From positions 218,426 to 282,425 of the forward strand of contig NZ_CANMDU010000004.1 in the NCBI RefSeq assembly GCF_947496775.1: DNA of 64,000 bases, read 5' to 3'. This stretch comes from an uncultured Maribacter sp. (GTDB lineage Bacteria; Bacteroidota; Bacteroidia; Flavobacteriales; Flavobacteriaceae). The position numbers were made by a program, and so were the translations under genes. This document shows, one piece after another, positions 49,143 to 60,443 of the stretch (its first letter is position 1; every line of letters starts with the position of its first letter). A model generated the notes under the pieces. That model searched no databases, had not been told where the DNA came from, and saw nothing but the letters and a program-made list of their open reading frames with translations.

Positions 49143-49253
49143 AGTTTAAGTTCAAATTTTAAGTGCAAGTAGCAAATGCAAAAAAGAAATTTAAAGAATA
49201 GGTTCTCGATACAATTTCTCCTACCGTCAAAATTACTCGAAGTGACGAATAAT

Positions 49254-49682
49254 TTATTTATGATGAAAAACCGTTTTAATTTCCATGGTAGCAAACTGGC
49301 GAAACATTTCCATAACACCACAATATTTTTCTATAGATAGGTCTACTGCTCTTTGTAATTTTTTCTCATGTAAGCTTGGTCCTGTAAAATGATACTCTAC
49401 CGTTACTGCATCGTAAAATTTTGGATGCTCATCTGTTAAATTTGCAATAGTTTCTATCGTAAATTCTTCTACCTCTAGCTTCATCTTTTTTATCAATGCA
49501 GCTACATCTAAGCCAGAACAACCTGCAAGAGAACTAAGCATTAAGGCTTTAGGTCTATACCCACTACCATCTCCGCCATCTTCTTTAGCTATATCTATTT
49601 TTAGGTTATGCCCAGATGGGTTATCGCTCTCAAAAGCCATATTACCCAACCATTTTGTAGTTACTTTATTTGTTGTACTCAT
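49254..49682 (-). CDS. OsmC/Ohr family protein
   Basis: A 142-aa product with the OsmC-like fold pattern (AGCSGLDVAA...KYCGV). Confidence 0.75.
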   Translation of the reverse strand: MSTTNKVTTKWLGNMAFESDNPSGHNLKIDIAKEDGGDGSGYRPKALMLSSLAGCSGLDVAALIKKMKLEVEEFTIETIANLTDEHPKFYDAVTVEYHFTGPSLHEKKLQRAVDLSIEKYCGVMEMFRQFATMEIKTVFHHK

Positions 49683-49760
49683 AATTTTACGTTTCTTGTA
49701 GAAGATAAAAATACAATAAAAAGTACCTAATTAAATAACCCTTATACTAACTAAATTATT

Positions 49761-50489
49761 ATGAATAAAATATTTGTACTAATCTTTTCACTAGTATTTA
49801 TAATTACTAGTTGTATCGATATTAAAAAAAACCCTTCGAATACTTCACGAACAATAATAGAAATAAGCTCAAAAGATTATTACAAACAATATTTAGAGAA
49901 TGATATTACATTACACTTATCCAATGATAATGAAAAAATGACAGGGACTTTCCATGTTATAGATAACAACATTTTAAAGGAAGTAATGATTCTTAATAAC
50001 GGCCTTCTTAATGAAACTAACAAAATCTTTTATCCAAACGGAAGTTTAGCTCAAGAAACAAACTATAGAAAAGGAATTATTTTTGGAGAAGAGAAGTTTT
50101 ATTATAAAACAGGAGAATTAAAATCTACGCGAAAATATTCTAACAACAAAAAAATAGGGGAAACAGTCTATTATGAAAAAGATGGCTCTTTATCTCCAAA
50201 ATATGACGATATTGATGGTAATCTATACAAAGATGGGGTACTTATTGGTGAAGAATACAAATTCAATCATATAGAAAAAGGGAAACTTTCTGTTATAAAA
50301 ATTTATGAAGGAGATGGTTCTAAAAAAGTAAAGATAATTATGGCTATGCAAGAAAGTGGAGATTTAGGTAGCAATCTTATTTTTATTTTAGACGAAAAAC
50401 ACAAAATAATAGACACTATAAACCCTGAAAAAAATCCTGAAAAATTTATGATACTATCACAAAAAATTGGACTGAATCTTATGGAGTAG
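49761..50489 (+). CDS. MORN-repeat (YwqK-like) lipoprotein
   Basis: Repeated YxNGxLxxExxYxxGxxxG units. Confidence 0.55.
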   Translation: MNKIFVLIFSLVFIITSCIDIKKNPSNTSRTIIEISSKDYYKQYLENDITLHLSNDNEKMTGTFHVIDNNILKEVMILNNGLLNETNKIFYPNGSLAQETNYRKGIIFGEEKFYYKTGELKSTRKYSNNKKIGETVYYEKDGSLSPKYDDIDGNLYKDGVLIGEEYKFNHIEKGKLSVIKIYEGDGSKKVKIIMAMQESGDLGSNLIFILDEKHKIIDTINPEKNPEKFMILSQKIGLNLME

Positions 50490-51051
50490 TATTAGCTACC
50501 CTACTTTTCAACACCGGCAAAACATCTCTATTAAACCAAGGATTTTTAGTAAACCAAAATCTGTTTCTAGGAGAAGGATGCGGCAAAGGAAAGTGCTTAG
50601 GAAGGTAATTCTCAAATACACGAACAGTTTCTGTTAGGTTCTTCTCTGCTGTTTTTCCTAAATAATATTTTTGGGCGTAGATACCTATTAAAAGAATCAA
50701 TTCTAATTTCGGAAGTTTATTAAACAACTGCTCGTGCCATAAAGGAGCGCATTCTGGTCTTGGCGGTAAATCTCCGGTTTTTCCTTTTCCAGGATAACAA
50801 AACCCCATGGGTATAATTGCTATTTGTTTTTCATCATAAAAAACTTCGTCTGTTATTCCCATCCATTTTCGTAGTTGCTTTCCGCTGGGATCATCCCATG
50901 GAATACCAGAGGCATGTACTTTGGTTCCTGGAGCCTGACCAATAATGGCAATTTTAGCTTCTGCATGTGCAGTAACTATAGGTCTTGGGCCTAAAGACAA
51001 ATGCTCCTTACATACCTCACAGGCTCTAATTTCGGAAAGGAGCTTTTCCAT
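50479..51051 (-). CDS. Uracil-DNA glycosylase superfamily protein (family 4/5-like)
   Basis: The product carries GQAPG and HASGIPW motifs. Confidence 0.65.
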   Translation of the reverse strand: MEKLLSEIRACEVCKEHLSLGPRPIVTAHAEAKIAIIGQAPGTKVHASGIPWDDPSGKQLRKWMGITDEVFYDEKQIAIIPMGFCYPGKGKTGDLPPRPECAPLWHEQLFNKLPKLELILLIGIYAQKYYLGKTAEKNLTETVRVFENYLPKHFPLPHPSPRNRFWFTKNPWFNRDVLPVLKSRVANTTP

Positions 51052-51057
51052 TATATC

Positions 51058-51402
51058 TTATTTTGTTTTTAAGGCTTCTCCATCAAATAAAATACCATCG
51101 AAACCTGTTAACATAAAATTTCTAATATTCTGATGATTGTCACCGTCTAAATTAAAAAGAACCTCCTCCGAATAAAATTTCCCAAAACAACGCAATGTTT
51201 CATTCACCGTAAAACCTTGTAATGTTGCAAAGGCAAATAATTTACAGGAACCTGAATTTTCGCCAGCCTTATTTTTTAATTTTCCGTTGGTAAAAGCCGT
51301 TGGTGTAAAATTATAATTTTCTTCTATAACGGCCATAGTATCGGCAAATTCAATTTCTGCCATGGTGTTATTTAGTTTTACTTTAAACTCTTCTATTTTC
51401 AT
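51058..51402 (-). CDS. HopJ type III effector family protein
   Basis: A 114-aa product matching the HopJ-like pattern (from memory). Confidence 0.5.
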   Translation of the reverse strand: MKIEEFKVKLNNTMAEIEFADTMAVIEENYNFTPTAFTNGKLKNKAGENSGSCKLFAFATLQGFTVNETLRCFGKFYSEEVLFNLDGDNHQNIRNFMLTGFDGILFDGEALKTK

Positions 51403-51415
51403 ACTCTTAAGTCTT

Positions 51416-52087
51416 TTATTTTTTCCCGCCTACTATTATGACTATTTCTCCTTTTGGAGGCTTTTCTGTAAAATGTTTTAAAACTTCTTCCGCAGTTCCC
51501 CTTATAGTTTCTTCATACATTTTGGTAAGTTCTCTTGAAACAGAAACAGATCTTTCTGCATCAAAATATTCTACAAAATGCCCCAAAGTCTTTATTAATT
51601 TATGTGGTGATTCATAAAAAATAATGGTTCTGGTTTCTTCTGCTAATAATTTTAATCTTGTTTGCCTACCTTTCTTCACAGGTAAAAACCCTTCGAAAAC
51701 AAACTTATCATTAGGCAGTCCGCTATTAACTAAAGCAGGCACAAAAGCTGTAGCGCCAGGTAAACAATCTACTTCAATATTCTCTGCAACACAAGCTCTA
51801 GTTAATAAAAACCCTGGATCAGATATTGCTGGTGTTCCTGCATCGGAGATTAAAGCTACTGTTGTTCCTCCTTTTATTTTATGTACTAACGTATCTACCA
51901 TTTTATGCTCATTATGCATATGGTGACTTTGCATTGGTGTACCTATTTCCAAATGTTTTAAAAGCTTACCACTTGTTCTAGTATCTTCTGCCAAAATAAG
52001 GTCTGCCTCCTTTAGTACACGTATAGCACGTAATGTAATATCTTCTAAATTACCTATTGGTGTTGGCACTAAATAGAGTTTTCCCAT
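51416..52087 (-). CDS. rsmI: 16S rRNA (cytidine1402-2'-O)-methyltransferase
   Basis: The product begins LYLVPTPIGNLEDITLRA...ILAEDTRTSGKLL. Confidence 0.9.
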   Translation of the reverse strand: MGKLYLVPTPIGNLEDITLRAIRVLKEADLILAEDTRTSGKLLKHLEIGTPMQSHHMHNEHKMVDTLVHKIKGGTTVALISDAGTPAISDPGFLLTRACVAENIEVDCLPGATAFVPALVNSGLPNDKFVFEGFLPVKKGRQTRLKLLAEETRTIIFYESPHKLIKTLGHFVEYFDAERSVSVSRELTKMYEETIRGTAEEVLKHFTEKPPKGEIVIIVGGKK

Positions 52088-52096
52088 ACTGCAAAT

Positions 52097-52453
52097 TTAC
52101 GGCCTTACTTTCTTTCCAAGAAAATAGGATGCTAATAAAACCACTAAGCCAATAAAAGCTAAGGTTTGCTGACCATCGCTAATCATATAATGTGCAAAAA
52201 AAGCGAGTACGAAATCAAAAAAGAATCCAGCATATGCCCATTCTTTTAGAACACCACCTTTATTAGAAAGTATTACAACTAATCCTAATAATTTTGCTAC
52301 AGCTAAGGGGTAAATAATGTACGTGGGATAACCAAAAGATGTAAATGCTCCCTCTATCATTTCATGTTGAAAAAAATACATAGAAGCTGAAAAAAGCATT
52401 AGCACTGTTAATAGCCCCGTTGCAATCCAATATGCGATTTTTTGCGTTTTCAT
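52097..52453 (-). CDS. DoxX family membrane protein (start trimmed to internal Met)
   Basis: Four TM helices. The ORF-track N-terminal 24 aa are probably an extension. Confidence 0.6.
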   Translation of the reverse strand: MKTQKIAYWIATGLLTVLMLFSASMYFFQHEMIEGAFTSFGYPTYIIYPLAVAKLLGLVVILSNKGGVLKEWAYAGFFFDFVLAFFAHYMISDGQQTLAFIGLVVLLASYFLGKKVRP

Positions 52454-52553
52454 ACGTATTAGTTTAATTGGTTGGAACTTTAGTCGTTCAAATAGTCTTA
52501 AAACAACAATACCCTGCAAAAGCAAGGTATTATATTCTAACTATTTTTATACA

Positions 52554-53237
52554 TTAGGCAAACTTACGTTCAATCAACTGCATAAAGCGAGCTTCTAAAT
52601 CTTCTTTTCCCTCCCAATTATTATAATCTGGTTTTACCATGTTTACAATAAAAGAAATAGATTGTTCTTCGGAATCTATGGTGTTTAACTGAGACAAAAC
52701 TCGATTATAATCTTCGGTACTGCCATTAAAAAGATTCTTTACAAAGGCTAATCTATTATTTAAATCCACTTTAATTTCTTTCCCGTTTATTCGGTCATTA
52801 ACAGATTTTGCTTCTTTTGCAACCACCTCATCTCCTTTAGCCATAAAAAGCTCCTTATCATTTTTTGCATAGTCTGGTTTTGCCATAAACTCCGATAAGA
52901 CAGCATCTACTTTTTCTGTATCGGGCATTTCTAAAACCATATCTTTTATTGTATCCATCCCTGGTGTAATTATATCCTCTTCATGCGGATTACTTTCTGG
53001 TACAGAAGTATTTTCCTTTAAAACAGCATTTGCCATGGATTCAAATTTCGTAGCAATTGCGTTCTTAGTTGTGCTAACTTCTACATCATTTAATTTGTCG
53101 TCTATAAATTTTAATACTGCCAATTTTTCGTACAAATCTTTACTAACCTCATAAAGCTCAGCAATCTCAGTAACATCTTCTGCGGTAATAATTTGCGTCG
53201 CCAGTTTAACCAACTCGCTTTTTAATTTCTTTTTCAT
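52554..53237 (-). CDS. Hypothetical protein
   Basis: The ORF is 227 aa, acidic and helical. Confidence 0.4.
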   Translation of the reverse strand: MKKKLKSELVKLATQIITAEDVTEIAELYEVSKDLYEKLAVLKFIDDKLNDVEVSTTKNAIATKFESMANAVLKENTSVPESNPHEEDIITPGMDTIKDMVLEMPDTEKVDAVLSEFMAKPDYAKNDKELFMAKGDEVVAKEAKSVNDRINGKEIKVDLNNRLAFVKNLFNGSTEDYNRVLSQLNTIDSEEQSISFIVNMVKPDYNNWEGKEDLEARFMQLIERKFA

Positions 53238-53340
53238 GGCATTATTTTTATCCTTTCGGAAAAGGTGCTTCTTTTTTTTTAAATTTATATCATCGTTAAA
53301 TAAGAACGAAAAACACCTTATTTTCGTCTAAAATTACAAA

Positions 53341-53985
53341 ATGTTTCTTGAAAATACTGTTAATCATAAAGAACAATTTGGCTGGATAGAGGTCATTGCA
53401 GGATCTATGTTCTCTGGCAAAACAGAAGAATTAATCCGTAGATTAAAGCGGGCTCAATTCGCAAAATTAAATGTTGAGATTTTTAAACCTATCGTAGATA
53501 CTCGATATGATGATCGGAAAGTAGTCTCTCATGACTCCAACGCAATTCATTCTACACCAGTATCATCCGCTGCAAAAATTAGAGTTCTTGCGGAACAATG
53601 TGATGTTATTGGAATTGATGAAGCTCAGTTTTTTGATGATGAAATTGTACAGGTTTGTAATGATCTTGCCAATAAAGGCATTAGAGTAATTGTAGCCGGT
53701 TTAGATATGGACTTTAAAGGAAAACCCTTTGGGCCTATGCCTAATTTAATGGCAACAGCCGAGTATGTGACTAAAGTACATGCAATCTGTACTAGATCTG
53801 GTAATTTAGCCAATTACAGCTTTAGAAAAGCAAATAGTGATGATTTAGTTCTTCTAGGCGAAGTAGAAGCTTATGAACCTTTGAGTAGAGGTTCTTTTTA
53901 CAAAGCGCAATTAAAAGAAAAAGTAAAAGAATTTCCTGTAAAATCGCAAGAGGTTAAAGGGAGTAAAAGTAATTCTAATGACTAA
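53341..53985 (+). CDS. tdk: Thymidine kinase
   Basis: A P-loop ([14 protein letters not shown]) and a C-terminal zinc-ribbon-like region. Confidence 0.9.
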   Translation: MFLENTVNHKEQFGWIEVIAGSMFSGKTEELIRRLKRAQFAKLNVEIFKPIVDTRYDDRKVVSHDSNAIHSTPVSSAAKIRVLAEQCDVIGIDEAQFFDDEIVQVCNDLANKGIRVIVAGLDMDFKGKPFGPMPNLMATAEYVTKVHAICTRSGNLANYSFRKANSDDLVLLGEVEAYEPLSRGSFYKAQLKEKVKEFPVKSQEVKGSKSNSND

Positions 53986-55084
53986 AACCAAAGAGACCGT
54001 TTTAGAGATTAGTTTAGCAGCTTTAGAACACAATTATCACTTTTTAAAAGCAAAATTAAATCCGAAAACTAAATTTTTAGGTGTTGTAAAAGCTTTTGCA
54101 TATGGCAGTGATGCTTGTAAAATTGCCAAAAAATTATCGGGTTTAGGTATAGATTATTTAGCTGTAGCATATACTAAAGAAGGGGTAGAATTACGTAATG
54201 CTGGTATTACCACACCTATTCTTGTACTACACCCGCAAGCATCCAATTTTAAAACTATAATTGATAACCATTTAGAGCCAAGTTTATACTCTATTAGTAT
54301 ACTTACGGAATTTCAAAAAGTTTTAAAAGAAAAAAAGATACAAGAGTATCCTATTCATATAAAGTTTAATACCGGATTAAATCGGTTAGGTTTTTCAGAT
54401 TCTGTTATTTCCGTATTGCTTGCAAAAATAAATGCTTGCAGTTCTTTAAAAATTAAAAGTGTTTTTTCTCATTTAGCTGCCTCTGATGATTTAGAAGATG
54501 AAGAATTTACTAATAAACAGATTAAGGCATTTTTAAGTATTAAAACTAAAGTAGACTCTGAAATTGATTACCAACCAATGTACCATCTTTTAAATACTTC
54601 AGGGATTTTAAACTATCCTGAGGCTCAATTTAATATGGTCCGAAGCGGTATAGGATTATATGGTTACTCCAACAGTCCTGCTATAGATAAAAAATTAAAA
54701 CCAGTAGCTACTTTAAAAACTATTATCTCGCAAAAGCATACACTACAAAAAGGAGAAAGCCTGGGTTATAATAGAGCTTTTATCGCCACTAACGAAACTA
54801 TTACGGCTACTCTTCCTATTGGTCATGCAGATGGAATAGGCAGACAATATGGACAAGGAAGATCCTTTGTTCTAGTAAATGGAAAAAAAGCACCCATTAT
54901 AGGAAATGTTTGTATGGATATGATAATGATTGATGTCACAAAAATTGATTGCAATGAAGGAGATGAAGTACTTATTTTTGGATTAGATTCGTCTGCAGAA
55001 GAATTTGCGAATACAGCAAATACTATTTCTTATGAACTTTTAACAAGTATATCTTCTCGTGTTAAAAGAGAAATAAAACCTTAA
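53978..55084 (+). CDS. alr: Alanine racemase
   Basis: A PLP-binding N-terminus ([10 protein letters not shown]) on a 368-aa product. Confidence 0.85.
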   Translation: MTKTKETVLEISLAALEHNYHFLKAKLNPKTKFLGVVKAFAYGSDACKIAKKLSGLGIDYLAVAYTKEGVELRNAGITTPILVLHPQASNFKTIIDNHLEPSLYSISILTEFQKVLKEKKIQEYPIHIKFNTGLNRLGFSDSVISVLLAKINACSSLKIKSVFSHLAASDDLEDEEFTNKQIKAFLSIKTKVDSEIDYQPMYHLLNTSGILNYPEAQFNMVRSGIGLYGYSNSPAIDKKLKPVATLKTIISQKHTLQKGESLGYNRAFIATNETITATLPIGHADGIGRQYGQGRSFVLVNGKKAPIIGNVCMDMIMIDVTKIDCNEGDEVLIFGLDSSAEEFANTANTISYELLTSISSRVKREIKP

Positions 55085-55165
55085 ATTACTTCTCTTGAAT
55101 TTTAAATGTGACTTTTTTTATTAAATTGCGTCTTAAACTATGTAACCAATTAAACACTATATATT

Positions 55166-55567
55166 ATGTTAAAAGAATTTAAGGATTTCATCATGACCGG
55201 AAACGTGATTGATTTTGCAGTAGCAGTTATTATGGCAACCGCTCTAGGCGGAGTAATTAAAGGATTTGTAAGCAACATCGTAATGCCATTTGTTGGCCAT
55301 TTCGCTGGAGGTGTTGATTTTGCAGACAAAAAAATTGTTCTAGATGAAGCTGTAGTTGATGCGGCTGGTGTAGTTACTACTCCTGAAAATGCTATTATGT
55401 GGGGTTCATGGATTAACACTATTATTAATTTAATTGTTGTTGGTTTTATTATGTTCTTAATTGTAAAAGCATACAACAAAACAAAAGCGCCAGAGCCAGA
55501 AGCAGCTCCAGCAGGACCTACTGCAGAAGAATTGCTTACTGAGATTCGTGATTCTTTAAAAAAGTAA
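55166..55567 (+). CDS. mscL: Large-conductance mechanosensitive channel
   Basis: A 133-aa product with the canonical N-terminus (FKDFIMTGNVIDFAVAVIMA). Confidence 0.9.
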   Translation: MLKEFKDFIMTGNVIDFAVAVIMATALGGVIKGFVSNIVMPFVGHFAGGVDFADKKIVLDEAVVDAAGVVTTPENAIMWGSWINTIINLIVVGFIMFLIVKAYNKTKAPEPEAAPAGPTAEELLTEIRDSLKK

Positions 55568-55757
55568 TTCAACTACTTGCTTTTTTAAGATTCTATAAAA
55601 AATTAAAACCTCTGCTTAATCGTAGGGGTTTTTTAGTTTTAATTATCATTTGTTATAAATAAAACATTTTGTTAAATTTTAATTATTCTTTCTTTTAATA
55701 CTTGTACAACCTTAACTAATGACTAACTTTGCACTTTAATCTTTAAATACTTTCAAA

Positions 55758-56747
55758 GTGAAAATAGCAGTTGTAGGAGCTACAGGAATGGTAGGAGAGG
55801 TAATGCTAAAAGTGTTAGCAGAGCGTAATTTTCCTATTACAGAATTATTATTAGTCGCATCAGAACGATCCGTAGGTAAAAAATTAGCCTATAAAGGAGA
55901 AGATTATACCATAATTGGTTTAGCAGATGCAGTTACTGCCAAACCAGACATCGCTATTTTTTCTGCTGGAGGTGATACTTCTTTAGAATGGGCACCAAAA
56001 TTTGCAGAAGCTGGTACAACAGTAATAGACAATTCTTCTGCTTGGCGTATGGATCCAACTAAAAAATTAGTAGTTCCGGAAATTAATGCCAACGAATTAA
56101 CTGCAGAAGATAAAATTATTGCCAATCCAAACTGCTCAACAATTCAGTTAGTAATGGCATTATCTCCGTTACACAATAAATATACTATGAAACGTGTGGT
56201 AGTATCTACATACCAATCTGTTTCTGGTACCGGTGTTAAAGCCGTACAACAGTTAGAAAATGAGATTGCTGGTGTGGAAGGAGAAATGGCGTATCCTTAT
56301 CCTATTGGCAGAAACGCATTACCACATTGCGATGTTTTCTTGGAAAACGGATATACCAAAGAAGAAATGAAGCTAGCCAGAGAGCCTCAAAAAATATTAA
56401 ATGACAGGGCTTTTTCTATTAGTGCTACTGCGGTACGTATACCTACGGCAGGTGGACACTCTGAATCTGTTAATGTTGAGTTTGAAAACGATTTTGAACT
56501 GAATGAAGTTCGAAGATTATTAAACGATACTCCTGGTGTAACTGTACAAGATAACCCAGAAACAAACACTTATCCTATGCCAATATACGCGCATGATAAA
56601 GACGATGTTTTTGTTGGAAGAATCCGTAGAGATGAGACACAACCAAACAGCTTAAATATGTGGATTGTTGCCGATAACCTTAGAAAAGGTGCTGCAACAA
56701 ATGCCGTACAAATAGCGGAATACGTATTAGAAAATAAATTAGTGTAA
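55758..56747 (+). CDS. asd: Aspartate-semialdehyde dehydrogenase
   Basis: A GTG start, an NAD-binding VVGATGMVG motif and the catalytic NPNCST motif. Confidence 0.9.
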   Translation: MKIAVVGATGMVGEVMLKVLAERNFPITELLLVASERSVGKKLAYKGEDYTIIGLADAVTAKPDIAIFSAGGDTSLEWAPKFAEAGTTVIDNSSAWRMDPTKKLVVPEINANELTAEDKIIANPNCSTIQLVMALSPLHNKYTMKRVVVSTYQSVSGTGVKAVQQLENEIAGVEGEMAYPYPIGRNALPHCDVFLENGYTKEEMKLAREPQKILNDRAFSISATAVRIPTAGGHSESVNVEFENDFELNEVRRLLNDTPGVTVQDNPETNTYPMPIYAHDKDDVFVGRIRRDETQPNSLNMWIVADNLRKGAATNAVQIAEYVLENKLV

Positions 56748-56846
56748 ACGTATTATTTGAACAAATTCGGAGCAAGTCGACAAGGTATTCCAAAAGGAAA
56801 ATCTCGATTATCGAGTAAACACCGAAATTTTAATCCTCCTATAAAA

Positions 56847-56882
56847 AACCTTTGACCCATAATGGTGTCAAAGGTTTTTTTG
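56847..56882 (+). terminator. Intrinsic terminator after asd
   Basis: A perfect 10-bp stem AACCTTTGAC/GTCAAAGGTT is followed by T7. Confidence 0.8.
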
Positions 56883-56912
56883 TATTAATTTAGGACAGAC
56901 TAATTTAAAAAA

Positions 56913-59039
56913 ATGAAATCTTTCATTCTTCTTTCCTTATTAAGCACCATATGCATGGCGCAAACAAAACCCATTACTGTGAAATACCCTATAACAAAAA
57001 AGTCTAATCATACAGATACGTATTTTGAAACATCTATAAAAGACCCATACCGCTGGTTAGAAGACGACAGAAGTTCCGAAACCGAAGCTTGGGTAAAAGA
57101 ACAAAATAAAGTAACTGCTTCTTACCTAAATACTATTCCTTTTAAATCGCAGATAAAAGAGCGGTTAGAAAAATTATGGAATTACGAAAAGTTAAGCGCT
57201 CCTTTTACGGAGGGTTCCTATACCTACTACTACAAAAATGATGGGTTACAAAACCAATACGTACTTTATAGAAAAAAAGAAGATGGTTCAGAAGAAATCT
57301 TCTTAGACCCAAATGCTTTTTCCGAAGATGGCACCACTTCCTTAGCTGGTTTAAGTTTTACAAAAGACGGCTCTATAGCCGCTTACTTAATTTCCGAAGG
57401 CGGAAGTGACTGGAGAAAAGCGATAGTAATAGATACGGAAACAAAAAAAATACTAGGAGATACTCTAGTAGATATTAAATTCAGTGGTATTTCTTGGAAA
57501 GGAAATGAAGGTTTTTATTATTCTAGCTATGATAAACCAGAAGGCAGTGAACTCTCGGCAAAAACGGACCAACATAAAGTCTATTATCATAAACTTGGAA
57601 CTCCGCAAAATACTGATGTCTTAGTCTATGGCGGAATAGATACCGAAAAAAACAGGTATGTAGGTGCTACTGTAACCAAGGATAATAACTATTTGGTGAT
57701 TTCAGCTGCAACTTCTACCTCAGGAAACAAATTATTCATTAAGGATTTACGTACATCTAATGCCGTACTAACCACTATTCTTGACCAAACCGATACAGAT
57801 AGCTATGTGTTAGAGAATATAGGTTCCAAATTATTTATTGTTACTAATTTAAATGCTCCAAATAAAAAAATTGTTACAGTAGATGCATCGCATCCTACGC
57901 CAGAAAATTGGAAAGATTTTATTCCCGAAACAGAAAATGTTCTTTCTCCGAGTAAAGGTGGCGGGTACTTTTTTGCGGAATATATGGTAGATGCTATTTC
58001 TAAAGTTTTTCAGTACGATTATAACGGAAATCTTATCAGAGAGGTTAAACTCCCTGGTTTAGGTAGTGCCAGTGGTTTTGGTGGTAAAAAAGACGATACA
58101 CATTTTTACTTTTCTTTCTCTAATTATAAAACCCCTAGCTCTTCTTATAAATACAATGTAAAAAATGGAGAATATAGCCTATATTGGAAACCGGAGATAG
58201 ATTTTGATTCGGACGAATACGAATCCAATCAAGTATTTTATACTTCTAAAGACGGTACTAAAATACCTATGTTAATTACCCATAAAAAAGGACTTGTTCT
58301 AGATGGTACTAACCCCACTATTCTGTATGGTTATGGCGGATTTAATGTAAGCTTAACGCCTTCTTTTAGTATTACCAATGCCGTTTGGATGGAACAAGGT
58401 GGAATATATGCTGTTCCCAATTTACGTGGCGGTGGAGAATATGGTAAAAAATGGCATGATGCCGGAACCAAAATGCAAAAGCAAAACGTTTTTGACGATT
58501 TTATTGCCGCTGCAGAATATTTAATAAAAAACAAATATACTTCTTCCAATTATTTAGCAATTCGTGGTGGTAGTAATGGAGGGCTTCTTGTTGGCGCTAC
58601 TATGACACAAAGACCCGATTTAATGAAAGTAGCCTTACCCGCGGTTGGAGTTTTAGATATGCTACGCTACCATACGTTTACAGCCGGTGCAGGTTGGGCA
58701 TATGATTATGGTACATCGGAAGAGAGTAAAGAAATGTTTACCTATTTAAAAGGATATTCCCCTTTACATAATGTAAAAGACGGTGTTTCATATCCAGCAA
58801 CTTTGGTAACTACTGGAGACCACGACGACCGAGTTGTTCCTGCACATAGCTTTAAATTTGCAGCTGAATTACAAGCTAAACAAACTGGCGATAACCCAAC
58901 CTTAATTAGAATAGAAACTAACGCTGGTCATGGCGCAGGAACTCCCGTAAGTAAAACCATTACACAATACGCAGATATTTTTGGATTTACATTATTTAAT
59001 ATGGGATACTCCAAATTACCAAATAGCTTTATAAAATAA
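56913..59039 (+). CDS. Prolyl oligopeptidase (S9A) family peptidase, secreted
   Basis: A 708-aa product with an N-terminal beta-propeller region and a C-terminal alpha/beta hydrolase carrying the GGSNGG nucleophile motif. Confidence 0.85.
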   Translation: MKSFILLSLLSTICMAQTKPITVKYPITKKSNHTDTYFETSIKDPYRWLEDDRSSETEAWVKEQNKVTASYLNTIPFKSQIKERLEKLWNYEKLSAPFTEGSYTYYYKNDGLQNQYVLYRKKEDGSEEIFLDPNAFSEDGTTSLAGLSFTKDGSIAAYLISEGGSDWRKAIVIDTETKKILGDTLVDIKFSGISWKGNEGFYYSSYDKPEGSELSAKTDQHKVYYHKLGTPQNTDVLVYGGIDTEKNRYVGATVTKDNNYLVISAATSTSGNKLFIKDLRTSNAVLTTILDQTDTDSYVLENIGSKLFIVTNLNAPNKKIVTVDASHPTPENWKDFIPETENVLSPSKGGGYFFAEYMVDAISKVFQYDYNGNLIREVKLPGLGSASGFGGKKDDTHFYFSFSNYKTPSSSYKYNVKNGEYSLYWKPEIDFDSDEYESNQVFYTSKDGTKIPMLITHKKGLVLDGTNPTILYGYGGFNVSLTPSFSITNAVWMEQGGIYAVPNLRGGGEYGKKWHDAGTKMQKQNVFDDFIAAAEYLIKNKYTSSNYLAIRGGSNGGLLVGATMTQRPDLMKVALPAVGVLDMLRYHTFTAGAGWAYDYGTSEESKEMFTYLKGYSPLHNVKDGVSYPATLVTTGDHDDRVVPAHSFKFAAELQAKQTGDNPTLIRIETNAGHGAGTPVSKTITQYADIFGFTLFNMGYSKLPNSFIK

Positions 59040-59059
59040 GAAAACAAAATTTCGACAAT

Positions 59060-60031
59060 ATGCTTGCTGTAACTAATATTAGTTTCTCTTACGGTACAAA
59101 TCCTATATTAGAAGATGTTTCCTTTACTATTACTAAAGGAGAACATATATCTCTAATTGGAGAAAGCGGTTGTGGTAAAAGTACATTACTAAAGCTTATT
59201 TATGGTATTTACGATTTAAACAAAGGGGAAATATTTTGGAAAGATACTCCTATTCTAGGTCCACTTTATAATCTACTTCCAGGTGGGGAATATGTAAAGT
59301 ACCTTTCTCAGAATTTTGATTTAATGCCGCATACAACGGTATTCGAAAATGTTAGTCAATATTTATCTGTCTTCTACCCAGAAGAACTAAAAAAACGAAC
59401 TTATGAGCTTTTAGATACTATTGAAATGACCTCCTTTGCAGAAACCAAAGTAAAACTTTTAAGTGGCGGACAACAACAACGTGTTGCCCTTGCTAGGGTA
59501 CTGGCACAACAACCAGAATTATTACTATTAGATGAACCTTTTAGCCATATTGACAATTTTAGAAAAAATGGACTCCGAAGAAATCTTTTTAATTACTTAA
59601 AAAAGGAAAAAATAACTGTATTAACTGCAACTCATGACCCAAATGATATATTACCCTATGCAGACCAAGTTATTGTCTTAAAAGACACTAAAATACTAGC
59701 ACAAAACACACCAAAAAAATTATATGAGCACCCAAATAACTTATATGTAGCTTCTCTTTTTGGAGAAGCGAATAAAATTCCCATACATATTGTAAAGTCG
59801 TATGCAGACACTAAAAGAAAAATTATTGTTTATGCAAGTGAATTTAAAGTATCCAATAAATCTGGCTTAGAAGTAGAAGTAAGTACATCGTATTACCAAG
59901 GAGGACAATATTTAGTAGAGGGTATTTATGAAGAAGAAAAAATATTTTTCTACCATAACATAGCAGTAGAAACTGGTAAAAAAGTATTTTTAAATGTCTC
60001 TATTGAAACTATAAACCAACGATTAGTGTAA
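59060..60031 (+). CDS. ABC transporter ATP-binding protein (single NBD + C-terminal domain)
   Basis: Walker A GESGCGKST, signature LSGGQQQRV and Walker B LLLLDEPF. Confidence 0.85.
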   Translation: MLAVTNISFSYGTNPILEDVSFTITKGEHISLIGESGCGKSTLLKLIYGIYDLNKGEIFWKDTPILGPLYNLLPGGEYVKYLSQNFDLMPHTTVFENVSQYLSVFYPEELKKRTYELLDTIEMTSFAETKVKLLSGGQQQRVALARVLAQQPELLLLDEPFSHIDNFRKNGLRRNLFNYLKKEKITVLTATHDPNDILPYADQVIVLKDTKILAQNTPKKLYEHPNNLYVASLFGEANKIPIHIVKSYADTKRKIIVYASEFKVSNKSGLEVEVSTSYYQGGQYLVEGIYEEEKIFFYHNIAVETGKKVFLNVSIETINQRLV

Positions 60032-60038
60032 TTACGTT

Positions 60039-60443
60039 ATGAACAAAACGCAACTCGTTTCTGAACTAACATTCAAAGCAATACGAAGTAGTGGTGCCGG
60101 CGGACAGCATGTAAATAAAGTTTCTTCTAAAGTAGAATTGAGTTTTAATGTTACCGATTCTAAAGCGTTAAGAAATATTGAAAGAGAACGTATTCTGCGT
60201 TTCCTAGCCAATAGATTAAATAAAGAAAATATTCTTATTTTACAGTGTGATGAAAGTAGAAGTCAACATAAAAATAAAGAACTAGTTGTAAAACGTTTTT
60301 TTCTTCTTCTCGAAAATGCCTTAAAAGTTCCTAAAGTAAGGCGTAAAACAAAACCAAAGAAGTCTGCTATTGAGAAACGCTTAAAATCTAAAAAAAGAGC
60401 AGCTTTAAAAAAAATGAATAGAAGAAAACCAAATTTAGATTAA
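60039..60443 (+). CDS. arfB: Alternative ribosome-rescue factor ArfB (peptidyl-tRNA hydrolase, GGQ + basic C-tail)
   Basis: A 134-aa product with SGAGGQHVNKV and a Lys/Arg-rich C-terminus. Confidence 0.85.
   Translation: MNKTQLVSELTFKAIRSSGAGGQHVNKVSSKVELSFNVTDSKALRNIERERILRFLANRLNKENILILQCDESRSQHKNKELVVKRFFLLLENALKVPKVRRKTKPKKSAIEKRLKSKKRAALKKMNRRKPNLD

Noticed and set aside
55150-55572. Minus-strand 140-aa ORF antisense to mscL
   Set aside because: Its composition is Ala/Thr/Ser-rich and low-complexity, it mirrors mscL exactly, and mscL is well supported.
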